Origin: Octopus bimaculoides
Taxonomy: Eukaryota
Length of the DNA: 64,000 bases
Assembly (NCBI RefSeq): GCF_001194135.2
Contig: NC_069004.1
Location: forward strand, 11,958,527-12,022,526
Direction: 5' to 3'
The notes beneath the pieces are model-generated. The model searched no databases. It was not told the DNA's origin and was given only the letters and a program-made list of their open reading frames with translations. This document shows, one piece after another, positions 1-12,624 of the stretch; position 1 is the first letter of the stretch, and each line of letters starts with the position of its first letter. The position numbers and the translations under genes are program-made.

Positions 1-1200
1 CTCTAGCTAGCTATGTGACACACGAACCTGTGTCCTTTATAACCTTCGATTATATAACAGAGATCAGGAAAGAACTGTCTCGAACATGCTGAAAGTAAAG
101 CCAAAGGTGCTAAAATTCCACTATTTTAACTCCTACAAAATATGGGTTGTAAGCGGGCAAATGAAAAATAGTAAATAAAACTTCACAGTAAATTGCGTAT
201 TGGGTTCAATTTCGAGATTAAAGCAATAAAAAGAGCTCATTTCCCATCACCAGCACAATATTCAAAGAACATCATCACAGATACTTATATATACCCATAC
301 GAAGCAAAGGTGTGTGTCCATATACAAATATCTGTGCTTATGCACCAGATAAAGTCTTCTTCTTCATCGATCGTTCTAGGTTGAAAATGCAGCAGTGAAA
401 ACAGCTGTGAAGAGAGTGAATGCCAATGGGGTATCGAATCACTCTGAAGGTGGCGAGAAGGGAGAAGATCATAGCGGCTCTGACGTCTGCAACACTGCTA
501 AATTGGCGGCAATTTTCACTGTATTTATAGGCTGTGACGATCCACCGAACTATCATGTGAATAACAGCCGTTCATTGGATAACAACTTGGTTTGCACACG
601 AGATCGAAATGTGATTTCTATGTGGCAAAACTTGGGATTGGATCCAATTGCTGCAACGGACTAGTCACGATTTGAAAGCATTTTGTTAGAGATCTGTTGG
701 ATCAGAATTGACCTAAAGTTGCGCACCAACATTTTAAACGCAAAGATGAGCCAACATGAATTTGTAAGCAGTCAATCGATGTATTAAAACTGGCAGTCAA
801 ATCTCGTTCCAGTCATTATGCCAATGAGGGTCTCATTCCCTGATCGTTCGACTGCTAGACACAGCAGCAATAAGTCCTTCATATCATAACCTTTAATTTA
901 GTGGTTGTCAGATGGTGGCTGCGTCACAAGAAGTGCCTAGGTGTGCCGTGAATTTTTAAAATATATATTTTAAAGCTTTAAAAATTATCTATATTTACTG
1001 GTTGAAATAAATGTTGCTCCCAATTTGGTTTCATAAAAAATTAATTAACAGTAGTCAATTAACAGAGCGCGTAGTACAGTAATTTATATAATTAATGGTA
1101 GAATAAGTTGTCACGAGTGAGCGAGTATATTTTGGTAAGACCATGCTTTTACTAGCTGTTTTAGGTGCAAAAAAACCAAAAAAACTGGCAAAGCGAAAAC

Positions 1201-1484
1201 TGGTACTCCATCGTTTACGACGACGAGTGGTCCAGTTCGTGCAAGTGGCTGAGCACTCCATAGACACATATAGCCTTAACGTAGTTCTCAGGGAAATTCA
1301 GCATGACACATAATGTGAATGTGCTGGCCTTTTGAATTACACGTACAACTCATTTTTGCCAGCTGAATGGACTGCATGAAGGCGTGTGTCTAAGTAGATA
1401 CGGTATCCAACTCACGATCGTAAAGTCGTGCGTTCAATATCTGGCGGCGTGTTGTGTCCTTGAGCAAGACACTTTATTTCGCGT
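1201..1484. mobile_element. SINE family B copy with an inverted 5' half
   Basis: The 3' half is on the minus strand (1376-1201) and abuts the 5' half on the plus strand (1378-1484). Confidence 0.8.
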
Positions 1485-1566
1485 AGGTGTTTATATCAGT
1501 TGCAACAAACATTGACATCCACTCGGCCCTGTGATCCTTGACCAAGAAAATCCAGGGCGTGACGGC

Positions 1567-1619
<53 letters not shown>

Positions 1620-1943
1620 GACTGCACCCTGCACCAGTATCCAGCTGGAACGTATTTACAGTTGAGTAGACTTGAGTAACGTAAAATGAAAAGGTTTACT
1701 CAAGGATACGACGCGCCAAGAAGACCCTCACCACCAGGTCGTGTGCCTTCACAGAGTAAGTAAATAGTTTTCAGTTTTTGGAAATCTCAAAGTCGATCAT
1801 TTGAGTGATGTGAACCCAGATCGTAAAGATTATTAAGTAAATACCACAAAGAATTTGATTTGGAATAATTGACGAATAACAAGGAATATGGCGATGAATA
1901 AATCTGGAATCACTGTCTGCTACTGCTGTTGCTGCTACTGCTA

Positions 1944-1976
<33 letters not shown>

Positions 1977-2618
1977 CTGCTGCTGCTGTTTTTGTTGTCG
2001 GTATCATCGTCGTTGTTGTTTTGTATCAAGTCGGCCCTGATCGAGCCATCCTTTGATTGAGATCTTCCAATGATGACCATCCTGTCTTTAATTCAGATAG
2101 CTTATCTCAGATTACAGTATCTACTATGGCCTTCCTTTTTTAAAGATGGTAGTGAGTGAGTTGAAGGAGATTTGCCTACTGTTTCTAGTANNNNNNNNNN
2201 NNNNNNNNNNNNNNNNNNNNNNNNNNNNNNNNNNNNNNNNNNNNNNNNNNNNNNNNNNNNNNNNNNNNNNNNNNNNNNNNNNNNNNNNNNNNNNNNNNNN
2301 NNNNNNNNNNNNNNNNNNNNNNNNNNNNNNNNNNNNNNNNNNNNNNNNNNNNNNNNNNNNNNNNNNNNNNNNNNNNNNNNNNNNNNNNNNNNNNNNNNNN
2401 NNNNNNNNNNNNNNNNNNNNNNNNNNNNNNNNNNNNNNNNNNNNNNNNNNNNNNNNNNNNNNNNNNNNNNNNNNNNNNNNNNNNNNNNNNNNNNNNNNNN
2501 NNNNNNNNNNNNNNNNNNNNNNNNNNNNNNNNNNNNNNNNNNNNNNNNNNNNNNNNNNNNNNNNNNNNNNNNNNNNNNNNNNNNNNNNNNNNNNNNNNNN
2601 NNNNNNNNNNNNNNNNNN

Positions 2619-3721
2619 GACTGTGCACTGGCGGTGGCGGGGGCGGGGGAATGTGGTGTGTCACACCGTGGCGGGCTGTAGGTTTGGAGAACATCGGGGT
2701 AGTGAGATTGGGGTGACTCGCAAGGAGACGCTGGGCTCACAGTGACTTCTGTTCCTGTATCGATTTGGAACCTACGTCCGGAGCTCCGATCGCGGACATA
2801 GAGAAGCAATTGATCGTATTTGCCGGCCACCAGGGTATTCAATGGCGGCCAGCCCTGGAGTTTCCCACGGCCGATGGCCAAGGGGTTCTGAATCGGCATG
2901 GTTGTTTGCAAGTCGCCTTGCTTAATTCTACCATGTTCCGGGACCGACCCTACGGCGTTGACCATAACACCACTGGATAAAAAACGTTTGTCGGTCGCTT
3001 TCGCTAACTGCCGCAGGACCTTGATCTCGGTGTGAGTTATGAGGGCCTGGACCTGGGGTGGTAACTTGCGGAGGAATATTCCCCTAAACAAAAAGGAAGG
3101 AGACTCGCCGGTAGGAACTAATGCTAACATATAGTCCATCAAGTCCGAAGGCTCGGAATCGCCTAATTCTTCCTCCAGTATCTTGGCTGCTGCTTCCCGG
3201 TCGCTCATCCGGAATGTATCCATCGGCCTGTCTTTTAACGTGATGTATCTGTGCATTGCTGGGAGTTGGGTTAAAATGTTCAGTACCCTCGTTTCCGTGT
3301 CCTCATCTAGTGCCGCTACTACCTACGAATATTTCTTTCGGTCTGAAGTTATTTTGTGTATGTTAAATTGCGCTCCGCCTGCGTGAACCGTAGCTCAGTC
3401 CTCTTCGGCCGGATATGCGGTAGCTTCAGTGCTGTTGTTTGATCGCTTGCCATGTTTCTTTGCTTTTCTGTTTACTTGAATCTGCGAAGCGAGAGCTGTT
3501 GTTCTTCTGTGGGGTAACCAGTTATAACTTTAGTTGAGCTATACACACACAAAAAAATTTAACGGAGACCCAGAATATGTTGGTGAAAGATTTATTTAGT
3601 TAAACACATGAGGACAACAGCCCCCAGGTCAACTCCTGCTTCGTAGAAGCCCGCTTAACCGGAAGTCAACTTCGCCACAGACCAACTCCCTAGCTAGCCA
3701 GCAGTGAAGTTCCTGTCTACA
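2619..3721 (-). mobile_element. Ty3/Gypsy LTR retrotransposon remnant (5' LTR, PBS, gag, protease, pre-RT linker), cut off by an assembly gap
   Basis: Gag-like LGDSEPSDLMDYMLAL...FLFRGIFLRKLPPQVQAL; aspartic protease LLYVRDRSSGRRFQIDTGTEV; after a frameshift, FSKPTARHGVTHHIP...PPVH, typical of the sequence just upstream of Gypsy RT. Confidence 0.85.
3521..3721 (-). repeat. Putative 5' LTR (~200 bp) of the Gypsy remnant
   Basis: On the minus strand it begins TGTAGACAGG, contains AATAAA, and is immediately followed by the PBS-like TGGTTACCCC (3520-3511). No second LTR is visible to confirm it. Confidence 0.6.
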
Positions 3722-3743
3722 ATTCGTGTCATAAGTCCATGGG

Positions 3744-3745
<2 letters not shown>

Positions 3746-3819
<74 letters not shown>
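3746..3819. repeat. (GT)n microsatellite
   Basis: Direct reading. Confidence 0.98.
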
Positions 3820-3821
<2 letters not shown>

Positions 3822-4739
3822 CATGTATATCAAACCAGAATTGCAGAAATGCAGATAATGTGTTTAATTTCCTGGAAAATCTAGATTTCTGATCAAGTGA
3901 TTCGAAAATATGTCGACGATCAAATGTAGCTGCACGAATTGTCGATTAAATACCATATCTGATTGACATTTAATCTGCCACTCATTGTGACTGATCAGTA
4001 ATGACAGACAATCATAACTAACGAGTGACAACACCAACAAGCAATAAACCACTCTTTGCTTTGAAAGCATAGTTTATATTTCATACCGGAACTGCTAGGA
4101 AAAACAGTTACAGTTTATTGATAATTTCAAAGTAATAATAATGATAATAGTTATAATAATAATAATGATAATATGTCAATAGATTGTAGTTAGTAGCGGC
4201 AAGCAAATAATTATCATTAAACGCCGTTTGTTTTATCGGAAATATTTCAGAAATTACAACGGTTCTGAGCACGACGCTTAATCTCTTGGTGGACAACGTT
4301 GAGAAAATTATCAACGACAAGAATGATATAACGTCTGGTATTTAACGAATAATAGAATGAATTAACGAATAGAACGATTAATCTCTTTGTTTGGTGACAA
4401 CCTATTAAATAAGAAGACTATTTTACAACACTTGTTGATTTATTGGTAGTTGATAACTGAGACAAGATACAGAGAGGTTCTTGGCGATTTCACTTCATCG
4501 TTCTGTGCGGAAAATGATTGTAATGTTTGGCCTCCAGCCTGCCTAAGATCGCCCTTAGTCCTGTGATACAAATTTCTTATTTTAAAGCGATTTAAATTTA
4601 AACCTTCCAGTAAAATATGTTATTTCATGCACATGTAGCGTACACTCGAGTGAAATTCCTCTCTCCCTTTATTATATATACGTACATTCGAACGTAGCTG
4701 GTAACAGCTAGCCCTTGGCCGCTATTTGGACCCGTTGTG

Positions 4740-4845
4740 TCCACATCTCTGATTGGTTGATATTGGCACAATTTGTCTCTTACTCTGTCACGCCATTTTA
4801 TCGCGTATAACCAATCGGAGCCTCTAAATAAAATCACGTGAGACA
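4740..4845. promoter_or_regulatory. Promoter-like motif cluster (three CCAAT boxes, YY1-like CGCCATTTT, E-box TCACGTGA) in CpG-rich non-repetitive DNA
   Basis: ATTGG at 4752 and 4762, CGCCATTTT at 4791, CCAAT at 4811, TCACGTGA at 4834. No transcript evidence. Confidence 0.4.
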
Positions 4846-5345
4846 GCCTGTTCTCAACCCAGTTTTTTAGCCTACAGCTTCCTTATAAAAACTCACCTTC
4901 TCCTTCTTTCGAGGTCTTTCGATTCCAGACCTCTTTAGGTCTAGCCACTGACCACACGATGACACAGCCAGTTCCAGCGACAACGCCAGACGACAGCAGC
5001 CACGTTGACACTTGCCAACTTCATCCAATAGCATTACGGCAACCTCCATCTTTGTCGCCACCATTGTGTCCTTAACGTCGTCAATATCATCTCTCAACGA
5101 ACACGGCTCAGCAAGCAGCTCACCCAAGTTGCAACGCTTCACTGTTCGTGAATTACTTCAACATGGATCAACAGCGAATATACAACTTGCAAGAACTCTT
5201 GTATCAAGTGATCCAGACAGCAGTATCACAGACACGACTTCACGTACAACGTGTACCAGTGACCGGCTCAGCATCATGGCCGCGACTTCTTGATACAGTA
5301 TTTCAACTACCGTGTACAGTTGACTACATACAGACACACACACAT

Positions 5346-5530
5346 CTCTTTTATTTTTACTTATTTCAGTAGTAAGAATGCGGCCATGCTTTTAGTCGAA
5401 TGAATCAACCCCAGTACTTTTTTTTTAGCCTGGTACTTATTCTATCAGTCTCTTTTGCCGAACCACCAGGTTACGAGAATGTATATACGCCAACACCGGT
5501 TTTGTCAAGTGGTGGGATACAAACACGCGT

Positions 5531-5585
<55 letters not shown>

Positions 5586-5710
5586 CTTCTTTCAGTTTCC
5601 GTCGACAAAAAGTTTTGGCCAACCCGAGTCCATCGTAGAAGACACCCAAGGTGCCACGCAGTGGGACTGAACCTGGAACCATGTGGTCGGAAAGCAAACT
5701 TCTTACGACA
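5346..5710 (-). mobile_element. tRNA-derived SINE family D (CORE-like, internal microsatellite)
   Basis: GGTTCCAGGTTCAGTCCCACTGCGTGGCACCTTGGG...GACGGAAACTGAAAGAAGC-(GT)n-...GGTTCGGCAAAAGAGACTGATAGAATAAGTA. Confidence 0.85.
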
Positions 5711-6569
5711 CACACACACACATATACAGAGCGAGAGGGGGACAGACAGGGGAAGGAGTGTCAGATAAATAGATGGGTAACAGTAAATTATGAATTAGCC
5801 ATTTTTAGAATCATTTCAAGCCCAAAAATAAAATATACTTTGTGGCAGTCAAAATTCAGTGAATCAATTTCTGCAGATTTTCTATTTTAGAACAGAAGTA
5901 TGGTTTCTAAATGCTACCCCATTCCAACTAAAACCACAGAGCATATTATAAACAACATGCAATATTAATATTTCCTTCAATATTGTCGATGCCACAGGCA
6001 AATTTTTATTTAGACGTTTCTACTGTTATGTGTCTTTTATATTTTATTTCCTTCAAACTGTTGACTTAACGATGTTCGTTTTCTTCATATTTTAAAGTTC
6101 CATTTTCTCGCATCTTTCATTTCTTTCCTCTTGTTCTAATTCAGTTTCCTGCTGTCTTTTTTTCCCCCTTCTGTCCACTGGGTTCTTGCATATTTTCCAT
6201 ATATTCTTTTCGTTTTGGTTCTTTTTGCTTAGAGAAAATGCTTATTATGCTTTCTTGTTTCCATTTTATAACACTTCAGAAGATTCCTTAAAGAAATGTA
6301 GAGAAGAAATTAACTAAACTTCAGAAAAAATTGGGGTTAAGATTCTATAAAATGTCATTGTACCTTGCTTCCTTCCCATCATCCTTCTGGTAATAGCTCC
6401 TAGTTTTCTCAAGCTATACTTATTCCACTTTACTCAAGTGACCATACTTCCCTTCACCTTTCTGTCTCTGATATTACCTAACAGTAGTTTTCCTGCATTT
6501 CAGTTACAACGCAAACAAAACTTATTTTACGCCTTAGAACAACACAATCCGTTGGACTAAACATGTTCG

Positions 6570-6627
<58 letters not shown>

Positions 6628-7497
6628 GCACATCACGAACATACACTCACACAAACACAACACCAGCACGTCAAGATATTCAATTTACCTCAGCTATAGA
6701 TACACACCATGATTCCATTCACTACACACGGACAGGTACATACATATACACACACCGCACTACATACGCAGCACCTCATATACCATCATTCTTAACTACC
6801 CTCATATACACACAAATGCACGCACACGTATTTACACAGCAATGTACACACAAACACACACATACACACTGACATACACACGAACACTTGCATGTATACA
6901 CATAATGTATTACAAACACACCACCTTACATACTGATCAACGCACATACACGCATGCACGCGCACGCGCGCGCACACACGCACACTCGTCTACATACTCT
7001 TGCACAATCACAATTACACTTCCTTCAACTAAAAATTACTCGCATTCCTGTCGTCTCTCTTTACAAACTCTCTCTCTTAGCTGAAAAATCCAGTTCTTTC
7101 TCCGTCATTTTCCATCTGCTATTCATTACACACGATTCCATTTTAATCAAACTTGTTAAACCATTATACAGAACATTTCTTCTTCCAACTCTTTTGCTTC
7201 TTCTTTTTTTCTCTGCCCTTTTCTTGACAAAAGACCACTATCCGAAACGTAAAACACTTTTTAAGATTTCTTCAACATTAATTCATTATAAACTGTATAT
7301 AAACTATTTACCGATATTTGGGGGCGGGGGATGATAAAATGTGCGGTAATGGGTTGACATGATCGGTAGAGTGTCTAAAAAAGTTTTTTGCGGTACTTGT
7401 TCTGGCTTTTGATGTTGTGAGTTCAAATTCTGCCAGTTTCAAATTCCTTTTCATCATCCTTCCAATGTCAAAAGAACGAAATAATACTCAGCTCCCC

Positions 7498-7915
7498 AGC
7501 AATATTGGTTTAAAATTTTAGCACAGGACCAGTAATTTCGAGGGAGGAGCTGAGTTGATTAGATCGATCCCAGTGCTTTTATCAATCCCCAAAGGATGAA
7601 AGGCAAAGTCGGCTACAGCGGCATTTGAATTCAAAACGTAAAGTCGGAAGAAATGCCGCTAAGCATTTTGTCTGGCGCAGTAAGGCGGCGATTTCAAATT
7701 TTAATAGCAGTAAGGCAGCGATTTCAAATTTTGGTACAAGGCCAGCAATTTCAGAGAAAGGGAATAAGTCAATTACATCGACCCCAGTATAAAACTAGTA
7801 CTTATTTTATTGATCTCGAAAGGATGAAAGGTAAAGTCGACCTCGGCGGAATTTGAACTCAGGACTTACAGACGGACGAAATGCCGTGGTAACTGCTCCG
7901 CCAGCTCGCCGTCCT
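7498..7915 (-). mobile_element. Two tandem copies of SINE family F (head AAGGCGGCGAGCTGGCAGAATCGTTAGC)
   Basis: Repeated GAAAGGATGAAAGGCAAAGTCGACCTCGGCGGAATTTGAACTCAG core. Further copies at 8272-8482, 13866-14072, 27245-27460 and 43955-44197. Confidence 0.8.
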
Positions 7916-8522
7916 GCTGCTACTAGCAGTATTACTGTTTTATAATTTTTATGAACATCTTTAGAATATTAGAATTTTAGAATATTAGAATTTTAGAATG
8001 ACCACTGAGGATAAAATATGAGAATATTGGAAAACACATTATTCATAAAATTCTAACTGCAATGTTAGATTAGAGATCAATATCCGGACTAAAAATTGAT
8101 TGATTGATCTATTGATTAATACCTAGACTGGAAATCTTACCATGCTATTTCCCTGGAATCAAGGTGTTTCAACGTGGTCATTTGTTCTGCTAAATCTAGC
8201 AGCTAAATCACCCTTCAAACCACAACCTAACTCCCTCAAAAAAAGGGAAGGACCAGTTAGATAATAATTTCAGATTTTGGCACAAGGTCAGCAATTTTTA
8301 GGGGAAGTGGAGGTAAGTCGATTACATCTACCCCAGTATTTAACTGGTATTTATTTCATCAACCCCGAAAGGTTGAAAGGCAAAGTCGACCGCCACGGAA
8401 TTTGAACCGAGTAAAAAGCCGGAAGATATGCCACTAAGCATTTTGTTCGACACGCTAACGATTTTTCCAGCTCGCCGCCGTAAGGGCACATGAGATAACG
8501 CATTCTTATAAGTCGAGATACG

Positions 8523-8843
8523 GAAGGCGCGTGGCTTAGCGGTTAGGGTATTCAGCTCACGATCGCAAAGTTGTGAGTTCAATTCCCAGTAACGCGTAGT
8601 GTCTATGAGCAAGACACTTTATTCCACGTCGCTCCAGTTCAATCAGCTGGCAAAAATAAGCAGTACCTGTTATTCAAAGGGCCAGCCTTGTCACACTCTG
8701 TGTCACGCTGAATCTCCCTGAGAACCACATTAAGAGTACATGTTTCTGTGGAGTGCTCAGCCACATGCACGTTAATTTCACCAGCAAGCTGTTTAGTTGA
8801 TGGGATCAACCGGAACTCTCGTCGTCGTAACCGACGGAGTGCC
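8523..8843 (+). mobile_element. tRNA-derived SINE family B (CORE-like GTGTCCTTGAGCAAGACACTT segment; 3' half shared with family A)
   Basis: Head GAAGGCGCGTGGCTTAGCGGTTAGGG...GAGTTCAATTCCC. Multiple copies in the window. Confidence 0.88.
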
Positions 8844-9370
8844 ATAAGTTGAGATAGTGGCGTCTAGAATACTTTTCCTGTTAAGTCTGCTTGATCAGTG
8901 CTGGCTCTGGGTTAAACAAACAACAGACTACATTTAGACTTATATTAGTAAAAAAACATTTTAAAAGTGGAATTAGGTTCGCTGAGTCAATTGCTTATAA
9001 TTCGTTAATTATTGACATCTCTCTCTAATTACTATCATAACTCAGTAATTGCTGACATTAGACCATCACTTGTTTCTCATAGCTTCCTCTTTACTATGTT
9101 ACAGATCTCGTTTTAACCTTTACAATTGAGACCATACTGGAAAAGTACCAATATTATAGGAACAATATTATTTCACAACCATCAAAATCTATGAGATTCT
9201 GAAATATTTCCTGGTTTCTTAAGACTTTTTCTTTTATTTAAAATGTTTTTTTGTTTTTGTTTACACCCTATTAAATGCAATTTATATGATTTGGCAGTGC
9301 CGTCGTAAAATGGTATGCTTCCAGAAAGACATGATAACAACACGGTTTCGAAACCCGGTTGAGTCATTAT

Positions 9371-9758
9371 TGTTGTTGTTGGCACTCCGTCGCTTACGAC
9401 GTCGAGGGTTCCAGTTGATCCGATCAACGGAACAGCCTGCTCGTGAAATTAACGTGCAAGTGGCTGAGCACTCCACAGACACGTGTACCCTTAATGTAGT
9501 TCTCGGGGATATTCAGCGTGACACAGTGTGTGACAAGGCTGACCCTTTGAAATACAGGTACAACAGAAACAGGAAGTAAGAGTGAGAGAAAGTTGTGGTG
9601 GAAGAGTACAGCAGGGTTCGCCACCATCCCCTGCCGGAGCCTCGTGGAGCTTTAAGTGTTTTCGCTCAATAAACACTCACAACGCCCGGTCTGGGAATCG
9701 AAACCGCGATCCTATGACCGCGAGTTCGCTGCCCTAACCACTGGACCATTGCGCCTCC
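9371..9758 (-). mobile_element. tRNA-derived SINE family A (working name), full length
   Basis: Head GGAGGCGCAATGGTCCAGTGGTTAGGGCAGCG...GGTTTCGATTCCC, tail GTCGTAAGCGACGGAGTGCC(AAC)n. Four near-identical copies in the window. Confidence 0.9.
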
Positions 9759-9781
9759 ACTGAGCTATTATTATAACCGTA

Positions 9782-10060
9782 TTTACTTATGTTTTGAGAA
9801 AGGAACAGAGTGAACGACATAATTGCAGAAATCCGAAGGCACAAGTTCCACTGGGCCGGACATGTCGCAAGATTCACAGACAACAGGTGGACCCGTGAAG
9901 TTGCCACGTGGTATCCAAGAGATCGTAAAAGGCCTCTCGGAAGGTTTCTGTGGCAATGGGTAGATAAGTTAGCAAAACAATTTGAGCCAAAATGGAAAAG
10001 ACGAGTTCAATCAAGAAAGAATTGGAAGTGCATTGTGATCAGTGGTGTATGACATCATCT
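9782..10060 (+). mobile_element. RTE-clade LINE 3' remnant
   Basis: DIIAEIRRHKFHWAGHVARFTDNRWTREVATWYPRDRKRPLGR..W is the typical RTE C-terminal signature. Confidence 0.85.
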
Positions 10061-10734
10061 AATAGTTTGGTCGATATTGTTATCTATTCATGTATATGTC
10101 ACTATTTTACGCTTGATTTTAATTGGAAAAAAAATTGAGCTGCAACGTATCCATGGGGCAAAGCTGAAACTAAGTTTGAATATGAAAGTAAAAATATTTG
10201 TATCAAGAATTAACACTAAATTAGGGGTGTGATTTATAGAGGAGTACAAACTTTTTTCCGTTGCTTTCGCGGATTCCCATGATTCTTTGTCACCATCCAG
10301 TTCCATCTTATAATAATTCTTCTTGTCATTACGTTACTTAGCCCATCGGTAACGCTTTCATATGATTAGAGAAAAAGAGGGAGAAAGAAAAGAGAGAGAG
10401 AGAGAAAAGAGGGAGAGTGAAAAAGAGGGAGAGAGAAGCGTCCATGACGTGAGGTAGAGGGAATGTAATTGTAACACTTTGATGTGATTAGTTGAAGGGA
10501 AAGAGAGGAGAAAGAAAAAGGAAAGAGAAAAAGAGGATAAGGCGAAGACTGAGACAGAAAGAGGGAGAAAAAAGACGAAGAGAGCTGCGTCCATAACGTA
10601 AGGTAGGGGAAACTTAATATTTATTACGTGGTTAAAAAAAGTTAGTTGAAAGTAGTGATAATATAGAGGAGAGTTAAAGATATAATCTTAGCAGAGGGGT
10701 GATGTTCTGATGCAAGGCAGAGAGGGGGAGAGAG

Positions 10735-10852
10735 AGAGGATGGAGAAAGAGAGGAGGGAGAAAGAGAGGAGGGAGAAAGAGAGGAGGGAGAAAGAGAGGA
10801 GGGAGAAAGAGAGGAGGGAGAAAGAGAGGAGGGAGAAAGAGAGTAGAGAGGT
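10735..10852. repeat. Purine-rich 15-bp tandem repeat (GAGGAGGGAGAAAGA)n
   Basis: About 7 consecutive units; it produces the spurious REKER / SPSSL ORFs. Confidence 0.9.
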
Positions 10853-11066
10853 GGTGGTGGTGGTAGTGGCGGCGGCAGCGGCAGCGGCGGTGGTGAGTGC
10901 ATAGTGAAAGTGTATTTTTTTTTAATTGAACTAAGTTTTTTTCTATCACCCATCACTTAACATAAGCAGATAAGTGCAATTATGTGAAATATTCACGCTT
11001 ATTTACATGGCAGATATAAGCAATTTAACTAAAGGTTGTAACATATGTACGGGATATTTTTTTTAG

Positions 11067-11171
11067 GAGAAAAATTGGAAAATATGACTTCGCCGTATCC
11101 CTGACAGGGTGGATGAATGGGTGCCAAAGAGCAACCCGTGAATATGCAGGACACGGTCGTTACTCTGGGAG
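11067..11171 (+). CDS. Candidate orphan internal exon (105 bp, phase 2-2), product unknown
   Basis: TTTTTTTTAG acceptor, GAG|GTATTT donor, length divisible by 3, and only one of three frames open (RKIGKYDFAVSLTGWMNGCQRATREYAGHGRYSG). No homolog recognised. Confidence 0.25.
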
Positions 11172-11766
11172 GTATTTTCAAAGTACCCGCAAACCCAACT
11201 TATACACGAGAAAATATATTAACTTCGTTCTTTCTCTGACTGAGACGGTTGACATTCCTCTTTAGAAATCACTTCTCATTTCTGGAAATATGGTTGAAGC
11301 AAATACCCAGTATTCGGCAATTACTATAATGATTTATAGCATTCTTTTGAGACGCTTTGTTCTCTTTTCTCTGCCAGTAACTCAGTGAGTTGATCTATGG
11401 TCCACTGTACCTTAAACGCACATAAGACGGGCCCCAGATGTTAAACCTTATAAAAGTAAGATGATAACCATCATCCCACCTCCTTTATATTTTAAAACCA
11501 AGTTCCTTACATCAGTAAATCATCTAATTCAGAAAAGAATCCAACTAAATTCTTGTACTATAAATGATGCTTCAATTTCGTAGTTCTTGCTTTTGGTTTT
11601 CTTTCTCTAGCAGTTCCTGTTTTTACTTCTTCATATTAGTATATAGCTCACATTTCCTGTACCATAAGATTCTATTCTGCAGTTCCTGTTTTCATTCTGT
11701 CTTCTACTTCCTGTTTTTACTTTCTCCGTACCTGTACATCGTTAAACAGTTTTGTTTTTTTTCATT

Positions 11767-12082
11767 TCAAGATACAAAGACCTGGAAATAGAGGTAACTC
11801 GTATGTGGAATCTAAAAACAGAAACAATTCCTATCATAGTAGGTGCCTTAGGTATAATAAAAAAATATTCAGACAAATACATAACAAAAACACCAGGACT
11901 TACAAATATATATAACATACAGAAAATTGCACTACTGGGCACTGCACACATCCTACGCAAAACACTTTCAATACAGTAACCATAAGAGCATCACAGCAAA
12001 CCACTGCACATACCCAAGGCGCACAGAGCTGCGCTCGGTAGTGAAGTGAAAGCACGTTATAAAAATAATAAAACTACTGAAC

Positions 12083-12113
<31 letters not shown>
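11767..12113 (+). mobile_element. RLE-type (R4/Dong/NeSL-like) non-LTR retrotransposon 3' end with a (TAA)n tail
   Basis: RYKDLEIEVTRMWNLKTETIPIIVGALG...IQKIALLGTAHILRKTL*, followed by a short 3' UTR and (AAT)n at about 12083-12113. Confidence 0.8.
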
Positions 12114-12115
<2 letters not shown>

Positions 12116-12178
12116 GCTGAAGAGAAGACCAAACATACAGTGCGTGTGTTTACTTGGCAAAATATGACCGTCCCCATG

Positions 12179-12213
<35 letters not shown>

Positions 12214-12559
12214 GCGCACGCGCGCAAACATATTACATACACAAAATAACATGCAGTCATTATCAACTTAAGCTCTGTCTTGAAAATTTTACCAGTGAAA
12301 CTGGAGGAATTGGATGGCCATTACATGTGTGTATGTATATCGTGTATGTATGTATGTATGTATGTATGTATGTATTATGTATTATGTGTACGTGTGTGTA
12401 TGGGGTCTTAACGGGAAGCTAGAAGTATAGAGAAGGCGAACACATTCTGGAATCATTTTAAACCTATTATACACGTTATTATGCGTACGTATGTGTATCT
12501 GTCTCTCTACCGACGTCCGTGTGTGTATTTACACATCTGTGTATATGCGTGTGTGTGCG

Positions 12560-12624
<65 letters not shown>

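Noticed and set aside
4905-4941. Minus-strand CTAAAGA-GGTCT-loop-AGACC-TC-GAAA resembling a hammerhead
   Set aside because: The invariant G5 is missing, there are extra bases before GAAA, and there is no NUH or stem I.
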